A stretch of DNA of 63,148 bases, filler included, from Salisapilia sapeloensis CBS 127946 (lineage: Eukaryota; Protista; Oomycota), in assembly GCA_023334545.1 (NCBI GenBank). It is 10 parts of 10 records of this genome, joined end to end, with 100 filler letters (N's around TTAATTAATTAA, not from the genome) between each part and the next. Parts side by side here need not be neighbours in the genome. Positions count along the whole stretch, not along the records: positions 1 to 20,078 come from JAADVB010000303.1; positions 20,179 to 38,242 come from JAADVB010000327.1; 8 more parts are not named here. One strand, given 5' to 3'. Below are positions 10,921-21,264 of this stretch, one piece after another; the stretch's first letter is position 1; every line of letters begins with the position of its first letter. A program made the translations under genes and the position numbers. The notes beneath the pieces were generated by a model. That model was not told where the DNA came from. It made no database searches and saw only the letters and a program-made list of their open reading frames with translations.

Positions 10921-13900
10921 ATGGACCGCTCGTCCTCTCTCCAGGACGACGCCGACTACGAGCGATACGACACGCCGTCGGCGGCCGACGTACAGGTCTC
11001 GCGCCCTGGTGTCGCCCCCACAGCCACGCAGCCGCATGGATTCGCCGAGCCGCCAGCGCCCTTCGAGCCGGCCATGGACGTGACGCCCACGCCAGACGCA
11101 GACGTCCACGCCGACAACGTCATCTCTGTCCACGGGTACATGCACAAGCAGGGCAAGCGGACGATCAAGGGTCCGATCCACAAGAGCTGGAAACGCCGCT
11201 ACTTTGCGTTGGAGAAGACCAAAATCTTCTACTTCCACAGCCACCTCGAGTGTCGACAGTACTTTACGACGCGGAATCCGGATCTAGTGGTGGGTGCGAT
11301 TGAGCTCAAGGACGCGCTGCAGCTACGCCCGTGTGCTCGGTTGGATCTGCCGCATAAGGGCTTTGAGGTGCTGACGAAGCGCCGGGTGTGGGTCCTGTGT
11401 CCCGAGACGGACGACGAGTACAATCTGTGGTTTGACGGCGTCGAGAGTGCCATCGTCGCAGCAGGGTCGGGGAATATCGTCGAGCGCAAGTTGCCCAACG
11501 TCCGCAAGTACTATATGAAAGGCATTGCGACGTACCGTCTTCTCTACGTGCTCTTCGTCATCGTCGGTCTGCTCGAGCTCTTCGGCCTCTTGTTCTGGTT
11601 CAGCGTTGGCGTCGAGCCGTGCGATCCGTCCAACCGACTCTACGAGTGTGAGCGCGTGTACGCGAACTCTCCGAACGCGCTCAACTGTCGAGAGGAGCCA
11701 ATGGGCGGTGTCTTCCAGCCGCCGGAGTGGTACATGGAGCTCGCAGGCGTCGATGACGTTGCTTGTTTCCACGATCCGCCTGTGGCGCAGTGGATTTCGT
11801 ACATCGCCATGATCGTCGCAGAGCTCGTGGCGTGGGTCATGGGAAGTCTCTACTACTTGGGCATGTGGAAGCCAGTGCGTCGAGGAGCGCACTACTTTGA
11901 CGAGTTCGAGCCTCGTGTCCCGGATGAGCTCTGGCCGATGGTCGACGTCCTCTTGTGCCACTACTCGGAGCCGGCGGAGGAGACGATCGATACGCTCATG
12001 GCGTGCATGAACCTCCACTACCCTCCCCACCTGCTGCACATCTACATCCTAGACGACGGCTACTGCACTGCGACGTGGACCAAGGGCAGTCCGACGCCGG
12101 ATATTGAGCTGAATAAAGAGGTACTGGAGAAGTCGGGGGACTTAAGGCAGGAGCTGGCGCAGTTCATGTACGACCGAGTGTGCGACCCGAATGAAGAGAT
12201 GGAGGTGTATGCGTGGCGGAAGCTGCATTCGTCTGCGAACCTCCCGTCTCCGTCGCGTCCAAAGGTCGTGAATCGATCGGACTGTGCCGTCGGATCCTTC
12301 CGAGACGACTATCGATACACAGACCTTCCGCACGTGACGTACATTGGTCGCGTGAAGCCTCAAGTGCACTACTCGAAAGCAGGGAACATCAACAATTGTC
12401 TCTACAACGAAGGCGCCAGCGGTCGATACATGCTGGTGCTGGATTCAGACATGCAGCCGCACCCCAAGTTCATCCTAGCGACGCTTCCCTTCTTCTTTGA
12501 CGATGAAGATAGGAAGCTCAAGCACAAGTACACTTGCTGCGGCACGGGGTGCAACAATGTCGCGCGCATGTGCTGCGCCTCGTGTAAGATCGCAGGCGTG
12601 CCCGAGGAACGCATCAGCTACTGCTCGAAAGAGTGCTTTGAGAACGCCATGCACGTGGCGAGTGACATTCATCGTCGACAGGTGAACGGCACTGTGAGCG
12701 ACACGACGACCAAGAAGAAGGAGCTCCGGTGCTCTTCGTGCGGCGCCAAAGTGAACAAGAAGGGCGTCTGTCGCAAGTGCCACTCGACGACCGACGGAGG
12801 AGACGTCTCGGTCCTGCACACCTACTCGGACGACGTGCGAGACAACGCCGTGGCGTTCGTCCAGACACCGCAGTACTTTCGAGACTGCGTCCAGCTGCAG
12901 ATCGGAGACCCGCTCGGACATCGCAACGGAACGTTCTACGACGCCATCCAGACCGGGCAGGATGGGTACGACTGCGCGTCCTTTGCCGGCACGAACGCCC
13001 TCGTGCGCCGAGAAGCGCTGGACTCGATCGGAGGCATTCAGTACGGCGTCTTGACGGAAGACTGCTTCACTGGCCAGCGACTGGTCCAGCAGGGGTGGAA
13101 GGCCTTGTTCTTCCGGAAGGACTTTGAAGGAGACGTGTCGGAGCGCATTCGGCTGGCGGAAGGCATCATCCCGGACTCGGTGGCGGCGTCCTTGGCGCAG
13201 CGGAAGCGATGGGCCAAGGGCAACTTCCAGACATTCTTAATGCGAAAGAACAAGGTCGGGAGCCCCGACCCCGAGTGGAGGCAGCCCGAGGTCGCGACGC
13301 CCAAGTACCGCAAGCCCAACCGCCTCATGCGCCGCATCTTCTACATGAACTCGACCTTGTATCCGCTCTCGTCGCTCTCGGTCCTCCTCTTCTACTACAT
13401 CACCATCTGCTTCCTCTACACAGGCTACGCGCCCATCTACCTCAACGGCCTGCGGTTGCTTATCGCCATGATCCCGCGCATCCTCGTCCAAGGCATGCTG
13501 GCGGCGCTGGCCAACCGGACGGTCGACAGCAACGACGTCGCGCGGTCGCAGGAAGCGTGGTTCATCTACGCCTTCACCAACTGCACCGCCATGTTCGGCG
13601 CCATCGTGTGGAAGCTGACGGGCAAGAAGTCGCGCTGGCTGAACAAGCGAGACGCCACGCGCGGATCCATGGCCGAGCTCCCGAACATCCTCGTTTTCTT
13701 CGGCGCCGTCTTTGGCATCATTTGGGCTGTCGTGAGGTACATGGTCGGCTATTACAATCGCATTGAGAGCCATGGTGACTCGATGCTGACGGCGAGTGTC
13801 CTCATGGGCTTTTTCATCGTGTTCAAGCTCGGCCCGAGCGTCCGTATGAGCATCCAGGAGTACTTTGGCTGGAGCTACCAGAGTCTGATGGACCAGGGCA

Positions 13901-13986
13901 ACTTTATGGGCTCCACGTCCATCGCCTTTGGACTCATCTTCATCGTCCTGTGGGTGTACGTGGAGCGCCCGGCATCCTCCGCCTAG
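10921..13986 (+). CDS. CesA: Cellulose synthase with N-terminal PH domain (oomycete CesA1/CesA2 type), copy B
   Basis: Tandem paralog with the same PH domain and D,D,D,QxxRW set (LDDG, DSD, TED, QRKRW). First ATG is at 10921; the ORF track starts at an upstream TTG. INR-like TCATTTC at 10893. Confidence 0.96.
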   Translation: MDRSSSLQDDADYERYDTPSAADVQVSRPGVAPTATQPHGFAEPPAPFEPAMDVTPTPDADVHADNVISVHGYMHKQGKRTIKGPIHKSWKRRYFALEKTKIFYFHSHLECRQYFTTRNPDLVVGAIELKDALQLRPCARLDLPHKGFEVLTKRRVWVLCPETDDEYNLWFDGVESAIVAAGSGNIVERKLPNVRKYYMKGIATYRLLYVLFVIVGLLELFGLLFWFSVGVEPCDPSNRLYECERVYANSPNALNCREEPMGGVFQPPEWYMELAGVDDVACFHDPPVAQWISYIAMIVAELVAWVMGSLYYLGMWKPVRRGAHYFDEFEPRVPDELWPMVDVLLCHYSEPAEETIDTLMACMNLHYPPHLLHIYILDDGYCTATWTKGSPTPDIELNKEVLEKSGDLRQELAQFMYDRVCDPNEEMEVYAWRKLHSSANLPSPSRPKVVNRSDCAVGSFRDDYRYTDLPHVTYIGRVKPQVHYSKAGNINNCLYNEGASGRYMLVLDSDMQPHPKFILATLPFFFDDEDRKLKHKYTCCGTGCNNVARMCCASCKIAGVPEERISYCSKECFENAMHVASDIHRRQVNGTVSDTTTKKKELRCSSCGAKVNKKGVCRKCHSTTDGGDVSVLHTYSDDVRDNAVAFVQTPQYFRDCVQLQIGDPLGHRNGTFYDAIQTGQDGYDCASFAGTNALVRREALDSIGGIQYGVLTEDCFTGQRLVQQGWKALFFRKDFEGDVSERIRLAEGIIPDSVAASLAQRKRWAKGNFQTFLMRKNKVGSPDPEWRQPEVATPKYRKPNRLMRRIFYMNSTLYPLSSLSVLLFYYITICFLYTGYAPIYLNGLRLLIAMIPRILVQGMLAALANRTVDSNDVARSQEAWFIYAFTNCTAMFGAIVWKLTGKKSRWLNKRDATRGSMAELPNILVFFGAVFGIIWAVVRYMVGYYNRIESHGDSMLTASVLMGFFIVFKLGPSVRMSIQEYFGWSYQSLMDQGNFMGSTSIAFGLIFIVLWVYVERPASSA

Positions 13987-14162
13987 CTCTGGCGACGGAT
14001 AGTTTGGTATTCTCTTTCTGCTCTACTAGTTTTTAGATGGAGTAGAGGTTCCTTTTTCTTGCTTTTAACCTCCCTCGTACCACTTGCACCTTGTAAGACG
14101 CAACACGGGATGTATACTTTTCTACGACACATTCGTTGGTTGCTATTCCTTGTCGATTGAAT

Positions 14163-14634
14163 ATGGCCCAAGAGCTCTTTACGACGTATAAGCAGCTCAT
14201 TGACTCTTGTGTGTGTGTCCGAGGACAGGATGCGACGGCGGCGACGGGGATGCTGTATAGTATCGACCCGGTGAGCGGGAACGTTGCGCTGCTCGATGTG
14301 AGTGAAGAGGAGACGAGACTCACGGTGCTCCTGGGACACACGATCGTGAGCATCGAGAGCGCCGAAGAGGAGAGTGAACCGACATTGATGGAGCAGATGA
14401 CGGCCACTACGACCAACCTGGCGCAGGTACGACACTCTAGTAAATAGCACTACGCTTCGTCTAATAGGACTATGCGACGCATAGCATGACATTCCATTCA
14501 CCGTAAAAGAAGCGAATGGCGAGCTCTACCTCGACCTATACGACGGCGCTGCTCAGCTGCGTCCGCCATTCACCTCCGACGCACTCGAATGCAATGAAGA
14601 AGAGATGACATGCCGGATACGAGAGCTCTTGTAA
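14163..14634 (+). CDS. GEMIN6: Gemin6-like Sm-fold protein (2 exons: 14163-14426, 14485-14634)
   Basis: Exon 1 SIDPVSGNVALL...LGHTIVSIE resembles Gemin6 TTDPVSANIVL...MGHAVQTVE. A 58-bp GT-AG intron restores the frame to HDIPF...LRPPFTSDALECNEEEMTCRIRELL*, like the Gemin6 C-terminal domain. Confidence 0.7.
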
Positions 14635-14736
14635 CTCCAAGAGGAACACGAAGGCATTTACATGAACGAAAGCTATCTTGACTTGTCTGAACTACTACGA
14701 AATGAATGAGAACGAAATATAAAGCTGTGGTACGAC

Positions 14737-15711
14737 CTACGCTTGCACCGGACCATGCTGGTTCTTTTCCATCTCCTTCACCATGTACGGGTTGACGCCA
14801 GTATTTTGGTTCAAATCCGCGAACGTGTGGTTCACGTCGCGGTGGTTGGCTTCATCGGCACGAATGCACTTGATCATGTCCACGATCTTGGCGTCGTCCG
14901 GCAGCTTATAGTACGTTCGAGCAATCTTGGGCGCCACCTCATCGTTCCATTCGGGCAAGTTTCCGTCGTGAATGTCCTGCAAAAGACCAGTGTACGTGTG
15001 CACGGCCTCTTCCTCCAAGTACCCGACGAAGCGATGGCACGTTTTCGGGGATACGAGGTATGTGAGGAAGAAGGCATTGAAGAAGATGCCTTGTGCCGCG
15101 AGCACATTGAGCCGGAAAAGATAGCCTGGCTGACGCATGTTCATAAAGATGAGCAAGTGCATGCGCTCGTTCTCGGCTTCCTCGAGCAACGTGTGGATCC
15201 AGCCATAGTCACGGCGGAAAGCTCGCAGCGATCGAAGGTGGCGCAGCATCCCGCCCACCATTCCAGGCACACCAGCGATCGTTTCGAGGAAGAGGCATCG
15301 GCGTAGCCAGTCTTCTTTCTTCATCTCGCCACCAGGACCCTTGTACCTGGTGAAGAAGTCGAAACCTGAACGAGCCGTCCAAGTGGCAGCACGAGCGATG
15401 CGCTCATGCATCTTCTTCGGCTTACGGTGGGACTCGTCGATCTTTTCAATCTTGTCCAAGTCGTACACGGGGTGGTGCACCGGATTATCCCACACGATCT
15501 CATCGTCCCGCAGTCCGGCGATCGAGAGTGCGTGTCGGTTCGACGACTGTTTAAAATGCGTCGGCGTCGTGTCTTCGAGGCAGATGTCCTCTTGCTTGGG
15601 GTTGGTTGCATTGGAAAAGTAGTTCACCAGAGGCGGGGCGATGGTGTTTTGGTGGTGCAATGCGGATCGAGCGGCTACTGCCATGCGTTTTGATGCCATG
15701 GATGCGATCAT
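14737..15711 (-). CDS. AOX: Mitochondrial alternative oxidase
   Basis: LETIAGVPGMVGGM, EEAENERMHL, LEEEAVHTY and RADEANH di-iron motifs. R/S-rich N-terminal presequence. Confidence 0.97.
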   Translation of the reverse strand: MIASMASKRMAVAARSALHHQNTIAPPLVNYFSNATNPKQEDICLEDTTPTHFKQSSNRHALSIAGLRDDEIVWDNPVHHPVYDLDKIEKIDESHRKPKKMHERIARAATWTARSGFDFFTRYKGPGGEMKKEDWLRRCLFLETIAGVPGMVGGMLRHLRSLRAFRRDYGWIHTLLEEAENERMHLLIFMNMRQPGYLFRLNVLAAQGIFFNAFFLTYLVSPKTCHRFVGYLEEEAVHTYTGLLQDIHDGNLPEWNDEVAPKIARTYYKLPDDAKIVDMIKCIRADEANHRDVNHTFADLNQNTGVNPYMVKEMEKNQHGPVQA

Positions 15712-15749
15712 GGTTGTTTAGGAGTTGTTGTTGTTGTTGTTGTTCTTGT

Positions 15750-15764
15750 GAAATGGAAGAATGA
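15750..15764 (-). promoter_or_regulatory. Oomycete INR+FPR-like core promoter of AOX
   Basis: TCATTCTTCCATTTC on the minus strand, about 40 nt upstream of the ATG, followed by a (CAA)7 run in the 5' UTR. Confidence 0.6.
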
Positions 15765-15879
15765 ATTGCTGAGGCATTAAGTCGCTCAAGGTCAGACGAG
15801 AGGTGAGCTGTCTTACCATTGCGAAGCTTCGTATGACCTGTGAGTCTCAGCTCCTTATCATGAGACGTGGCAGAAATCT

Positions 15880-16685
15880 TCATCGAAGCAACGCCCCGTC
15901 ACATGCAAAGCGTCGTGGCGTAGTGTCGAGATGGAGTTTTAGCCAATTAAATGTTCGATCTTCGTGCAGTGAAAAAATTCTCGTGGCGTACGAAGAGGTC
16001 AGGCGGTATGTCTGACTGGATGCCTTATTGTTGAAAAGTAATGTCGGGTCAGGCAGAGAGGTCAGGCAAGGTGGACGGTACGACGGTGCTAGATCGTCAT
16101 ATTTGCGTCCACCGAGATTGCAACGGGTGTCCCTGTCTGACGGGGCGAATACTACCGCAGATAGAAGACTAGGAGCGGGTTTAGATAGGTAGAAGCGGGC
16201 AATGCGAGTAAATTTAGTCGAAATTGTCTCATTAAGAGCAGTGAAATGGAAGAAGATAGCGACCTTGCGCTCTATCTGAATATCGATGGAGGTAATGGGC
16301 GTTGTGTAGATGCAGTTGCAACCATCTTTCTCTTCGAGGTATAGAGAGCTGGTGGTAGATGGATAGAATCCAAGAAACATATCTATCATTGCAAATGCGT
16401 CGAGCACAAGTCTTTGGTGATAGGATAAGATGGATGGCTATGTAAATTTTCAATGCAGCTCTTGCATGTATAGATAGGATGCTGTAAAAAGGAAAAATTC
16501 CGACGGATGATCAAGTATATTCGACAGGAAGCAAACTCATTATCACGAAGTAAGTCGAAGAATCGATAGCTACTTGCATCTGAGACAGCTCGGAGGTCTT
16601 CGCATACAGTCCAAATCTTCCGTGAGTACTCTTGTGGTGATCTACATGATTTTCTTACCGTTTCAACACCACCTCCGGCATCTCT
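15880..16685 (-). CDS. Possible spliced hypothetical protein, divergent from HELLS
   Basis: Overlapping ORFs 16386-16751 and 15880-16407, a GTAAG donor and a pyrimidine-rich TTTTTACAG acceptor. No recognisable motif; the exon model is unresolved. Confidence 0.3.
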
Positions 16686-16888
16686 GCGCTCGATGATGGA
16701 TGGGAGTCGCATGCAGCGCAGTCTCCATGGTCGATCAGACGCCATCAACATGCATTCCGAAGGAGTGCATGTATCTTTTTCTATTGGCTATAAAAGATGA
16801 ATTTCCACCAATCCTAGACAACTATGAACCTCGAAAGCGCGGGAAATTCCGATCACCAGTCGCGACCGGCAGCTCCTCTTCCTTCGTC

Positions 16889-18961
16889 ATGGACGAACAG
16901 GAAACGACGACGCGTCTCGCCAAGCTAGATAACTTATTAGAAAAAGCAGGAATTTACTCTAGTTTCCTTTTTTCCAATCTATCTTCTGCCGCCACCGTCG
17001 CGGATGAAGCGCCTGAAGAGACTTCAGCTCGAGGCAAACGGAAGCGAGGTCGAGTACGCTCGAGCGGTACCAAGAAGCTCAAGCAGATGCAGTCCGATGG
17101 AAAGCTAGATACGCATAAACCGTCTGTCAATGGCTTTCAACAGCCAAAGCTGCTCACTGGCGGTGACTTGCGCGACTATCAGCTCGAGGGCATCCGTTGG
17201 CTATGCAACCTCTTTGAGAATGGACTTAACGGCATTCTCGCAGACGAGATGGGTCTCGGCAAAACCATCCAGGTGATCGGCATGATCGCTCACTTGAGGG
17301 CGCTAGGTGTCCGTGGTCCGTACCTGATCGTCGCGCCGCTTTCGACACTCACGAACTGGGAGCAAGAGTTCCACAAGTGGACGCCGTCCATGCCTTGTCT
17401 CATCTACCACGGCACAAAAGCCGATCGGAAGAGCATTCGTCAAAAGCAGCTCCAAGCGTCCAAGATGCAGGATGAAAAGTTTCCTATCGTGATCACGTCC
17501 TACGAAATGATTTTGCAGGATCGATCGGTCTTTGATCGCATGGGCTTCGTGTGGAAGTACATGGTCGTCGATGAAGGTCATCGACTGAAGAATCTTAACT
17601 GTCGTCTCGTGCGAGAACTCAAGACGTGCAAGACGGAGAATCGACTCTTGCTCACCGGCACTCCGCTCCAGAACGACCTGACGGAGCTCTGGTCGCTGTT
17701 GAACTTTATCTTGCCAGACGTCTTCGATGACCTCGCGCTCTTCGAGAGTTGGTTTTCTCTTTCAGATACTTCTAGTACGTCTCCTTCTTCTCCTAGTGCC
17801 ACCGACCAGGTCGACGTCTTGTCTGGAGACAAACGCGCCGAAGTGATATCGAAACTCCACGAGATCCTCCGTCCGTTCCTCCTTCGACGCCTCAAGACCG
17901 ACGTGGTGCAGGAGCTTCCTAGTAAGACCGAGATCTTTGTCTACTGCCCCATGTCTCGCGTCCAGAAGGACTACTATCAGATGATCATCGACGGAACACT
18001 CGCGAGGTACATTCAGGACCGACAGGGTAAATCGAAAGCATCGGCGTACAAGTCCACTTCGCTACGTAATAAAGCGATGCAGCTGCGCAAGTGTTGCAAC
18101 CACCCTTTTCTCTTTGATGAACCTACAGACGCGGATGGAGAAATGCTGACGGACGAGTCTCTTGTCCAAGCATCCGGGAAGCTGGTGGTTTTAGACCAGA
18201 TGCTGCGAGAGCTGAAGCGAAGAGGACATAAGGTGTTGATTTTTAGCCAAATGACGAGCGTCTTGGACATTTTAGAGGACTTTGTCCTCTTGCGACGGTG
18301 GAAATACTGTCGCCTAGACGGATCGACGGACTTGGCATCGAGGAAAGAGCAGATGGAGACGTTCAATGCGTCTCTAGATGGGGCGGACGACGACATGTTC
18401 TGCTTCCTCTTGTCGACTCGAGCTGGAGGTCTTGGTATCAACCTCATGGCTGCTGATACCGTCATCTTCTTTGACAGTGATTGGAATCCGCAGCAGGATA
18501 ACCAAGCGCAGGATCGAGCGCATCGGATTGGGCAGAAGAAGGATGTGCTCGTGTATCGTCTCGTGACGGAGAACTCGTTCGAGAATCGGATGCTCGCACG
18601 TGCGCTCGAGAAGAGGAAGTTGGATCGCGTGGTGATTCAGCGAGGACACTTTCGACATCAGAATCAGGACGCGGAGGCAAGGCGAGACACATCGATGGAG
18701 ACGAGTGATGGGGTGACGAGAGTGTCCAAGGCGCTGACGACGGAAGAGCTGCAGGAGCTACTGCGAGACGACGTGCTCATTCGCGATGGCGTCGAGAACG
18801 GAGGTATCTCGAAAAAGGAGTTGATGCAGATTTGTAATCGGAAGCTAGTAGTGGATAGTTTTATAGCGAAAGAGACCAAGGGCAAGGTGCTTGCGTCCAA
18901 GGGAGACGGGTATGAGATCGTCGAGAACGCACGTGCGACGCTTATCGATCGCGTCCAGTAG
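16889..18961 (+). CDS. HELLS: SNF2-family chromatin remodeller, HELLS/Lsh/DDM1 subfamily
   Basis: LDNLLEKAGIYSSFL N-terminal motif, QPKLLTGGDLRDYQLEG, GILADEMGLGKT, VDEGHRLKN, LTGTPLQNDLTELWSLL, HKVLIFSQM, LSTRAGGLGINL, SDWNPQQD.QAQDRAHRIGQ. Probable start MDEQ at 16889. Confidence 0.9.
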   Translation: MDEQETTTRLAKLDNLLEKAGIYSSFLFSNLSSAATVADEAPEETSARGKRKRGRVRSSGTKKLKQMQSDGKLDTHKPSVNGFQQPKLLTGGDLRDYQLEGIRWLCNLFENGLNGILADEMGLGKTIQVIGMIAHLRALGVRGPYLIVAPLSTLTNWEQEFHKWTPSMPCLIYHGTKADRKSIRQKQLQASKMQDEKFPIVITSYEMILQDRSVFDRMGFVWKYMVVDEGHRLKNLNCRLVRELKTCKTENRLLLTGTPLQNDLTELWSLLNFILPDVFDDLALFESWFSLSDTSSTSPSSPSATDQVDVLSGDKRAEVISKLHEILRPFLLRRLKTDVVQELPSKTEIFVYCPMSRVQKDYYQMIIDGTLARYIQDRQGKSKASAYKSTSLRNKAMQLRKCCNHPFLFDEPTDADGEMLTDESLVQASGKLVVLDQMLRELKRRGHKVLIFSQMTSVLDILEDFVLLRRWKYCRLDGSTDLASRKEQMETFNASLDGADDDMFCFLLSTRAGGLGINLMAADTVIFFDSDWNPQQDNQAQDRAHRIGQKKDVLVYRLVTENSFENRMLARALEKRKLDRVVIQRGHFRHQNQDAEARRDTSMETSDGVTRVSKALTTEELQELLRDDVLIRDGVENGGISKKELMQICNRKLVVDSFIAKETKGKVLASKGDGYEIVENARATLIDRVQ

Positions 18962-19009
18962 CTACGAGACAGAAAGAATACAAGTTCTAGGTTGATCTTT
19001 ACGACTTGT

Positions 19010-19279
19010 CTATTGAATACAAAAGACGATGAGGGTAATGATGCCGACGAGGAACGTAATGGAGCACGTGGTGGCTAACACGGGATAGCGGTGCTTCTTG
19101 TCGGTGACTTTGACGAGCTGTTCCGGGACCTGGTCGGCACTGTTCACCTCCATCCGTCCTAGGTCGACCCATCCATCACGATCTTCTGAATCGTACGTAC
19201 TAATGCCATTCGAACGAGATGGACGAGGACTTAAGCAGAGAAAGACCGTCGAGAGCAGGAGGAGACCGAGGAAGCGCAT
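19010..19279 (-). CDS. Small hypothetical membrane protein (signal peptide + C-terminal TM)
   Basis: 89 aa with hydrophobic N-terminus MRFLGLLLLSTVFLCLS and C-terminal VLATTCSITFLVGIITLIVFC. Confidence 0.5.
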   Translation of the reverse strand: MRFLGLLLLSTVFLCLSPRPSRSNGISTYDSEDRDGWVDLGRMEVNSADQVPEQLVKVTDKKHRYPVLATTCSITFLVGIITLIVFCIQ

Positions 19280-19468
19280 CTTGAAGCGTCGCGCGCGGTC
19301 GCGTTTCTACCCATCTGTTCGTCATTTGGCATCGATGACACCACCTCGTCACAAGTCTGATCTTGGCAAGGCGACGGAGCTTTCTATGCTACGTCCTTCC
19401 TTCGGCCGGATGCGAACCGCAGTATCGAATTTGCCACCAACGGAGCAAATCAACTTATCGACGTCAAT

Positions 19469-20078
19469 ATGACCCACTCGACCACGACTTCGAAACTGCA
19501 TCTGCACAACCTTGGCATCCAGAATGACTGCAAGGTGTATCATAACCTGCCGTATGACCAGATCGCAGCGCACGAGCAAGAGTACAAGGAAGGAACGTTC
19601 ACAGCAAATGGAACCTTTGCTGTTGATACGGGCAAGTTCACCGGACGATCGCCCAAGGACAAATTCATTGTCAAGCAAGCGCCGTCGGACCAGCACATTG
19701 GCTGGGGTGATGTGAACCAGCCGACAACACCCGAAGTGTTCGATGAGCTGTATGCGAAAGCGACGGAGCACTACTGCCAAGTCGACCGGATGTACGTCTT
19801 CGACGGCTACTGCGGCGTGAACGAGCAGTCTCGCCTCAAGGTCCGGATTGTGACGGAACTGGCGTGGCAGCACCACTTTGTCACGAACATGTTCGTCCGA
19901 CCGGACTTCCAGGAGCTAGTGTCCAAACCGTTTAGCGCTGACTTTACGATCATCAACGCCTGCAACATTGTCGATGAGGATTGGCAGAAGCACGGTCTCA
20001 ACAGCGAAGTGTTCGTGATTTTCAACTTGGAGAAGCATGTCGCTGTCATCGGCGGCACGTTCTACGGAGGAGAGATGA
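19469..20078 (+). CDS. PCK1: Phosphoenolpyruvate carboxykinase (ATP), N-terminal part, cut by contig end
   Basis: GTFAVDTGKFTGRSPKDKFIV, FDGYCG, VRIVTELAWQHHFVTNMF, GGTFYGGEM. Confidence 0.95.
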
Positions 20079-20178
20079 NNNNNNNNNNNNNNNNNNNNNN
20101 NNNNNNNNNNNNNNNNNNNNNNTTAATTAATTAANNNNNNNNNNNNNNNNNNNNNNNNNNNNNNNNNNNNNNNNNNNN
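20079..20178. other. Artificial contig linker
   Basis: 44 N + TTAATTAATTAA (stops in all six frames) + 44 N. Confidence 0.97.
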
Positions 20179-20340
20179 AGATCAATGTCGTGACGACTGT
20201 AGAACCCAAGCTTGAACAATAAGCACGTCGTCTTTGGGTGTCTGCTTGGAAAGTCAAGCTTTGAAGCACTGGTAAAGATCCACGAACTCGCCTCTGTAAC
20301 CGGAACCTCGTCCAAGCCAATTACAATCAGAGACTGTGGA
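20179..20340 (-). repeat. Left arm of inverted repeat bounding contig 20179-38242
   Basis: Reverse complement of 38081-38242: 141 bp perfect, 1 mismatch (20320/38101), then 20 bp perfect. Confidence 0.95.
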
Positions 20341-20976
20341 CAAATCCTGCTAGAATAGCTTTTGAAAATTTATCTCGGGTACGAGCAAATACACTTTTCG
20401 TGAGTAAAATCGCAAATAGATGCTCTAATCGATAAAAATCGTATCTATTTATCTCAGTAGACGTGTTGATATCTTCAGCTAGTCTGAACATGAGTGTACG
20501 ACGCACTTGAAAAGCAATGTTCTACCCACTTTTGCTTGGACCTGTACTCGATCCTCATTGTGTCGTCTCTACATTGTACAAATCAAACCAGAAGCATGAT
20601 TTGACACTGTCTCTATCTGGCAAGTCATTTCGATGATCTAGTACCAAGCCACCCGACAAAGTATTCGATCTGGACGATACCGCTACGCTGCATGAAGGTT
20701 GCCATCATCTGATAATTTCCATGTTTCGTTTTCGAGACCGGTTTCAATGCCGCATACAATTTGACGAGTTCAAGTCCACTGAAGACAATCCAGAGGATCT
20801 TGTCCGACTGTGATTACATCCGATGGATCGCCCAGGCATCGTGTACAAGCAAAGTCGATGAAAAAAAGTAGTCTTGCTTTCATTGCATATTTATACGATG
20901 AAAATGCTTGCTAGCTGTACAGTGAATAAATAGGACGTGCTGCTCTATCCTGCCCTCTGTTGTGCATCTCTGTGGT

Positions 20977-21264
20977 TCACCATTGGGGCTCTCGCCATTT
21001 GGATGACAGAGCGTTGGTGGAACCCAGCACTCTTCTCGTAGCCGACTCGAGCGCTACTTTCTGTCGACCATACGAGGCAGTGCAGTCCATAGCATTCTGT
21101 CGAAAGAGCTTAGGAGGACTCGATGGTGGCGGTCCGAGTGATAAGTCCTCGTCACTATCGTCGGATAGAGGGGTCTGATCGGCCGTCCACGCCTGGTCTT
21201 CCCGAATGCTAAATCCCGAGCGCTTGGGCGTGGACGCAGAGCGGTGTTTTACGAGCGTGCTCAT
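20977..21264 (-). CDS. Small low-complexity hypothetical protein
   Basis: 95-aa ATG-started ORF with an acidic/Pro-rich core (SDDSDEDLSLGPPPSSPPKLFRQNA). No family recognised. Confidence 0.45.
   Translation of the reverse strand: MSTLVKHRSASTPKRSGFSIREDQAWTADQTPLSDDSDEDLSLGPPPSSPPKLFRQNAMDCTASYGRQKVALESATRRVLGSTNALSSKWREPQW

Noticed and set aside
4654-13773. Many long antisense or alternate-frame ORFs over Sec23 and both CesA genes (up to 324 aa)
   Set aside because: Shadow ORFs expected from high-GC3 codon usage; they show no motifs of their own.
19010-19279. Signal peptide followed by RPSR...EDR, considered as an RxLR effector
   Set aside because: No RxLR match, and the C-terminal TM helix fits a membrane protein.
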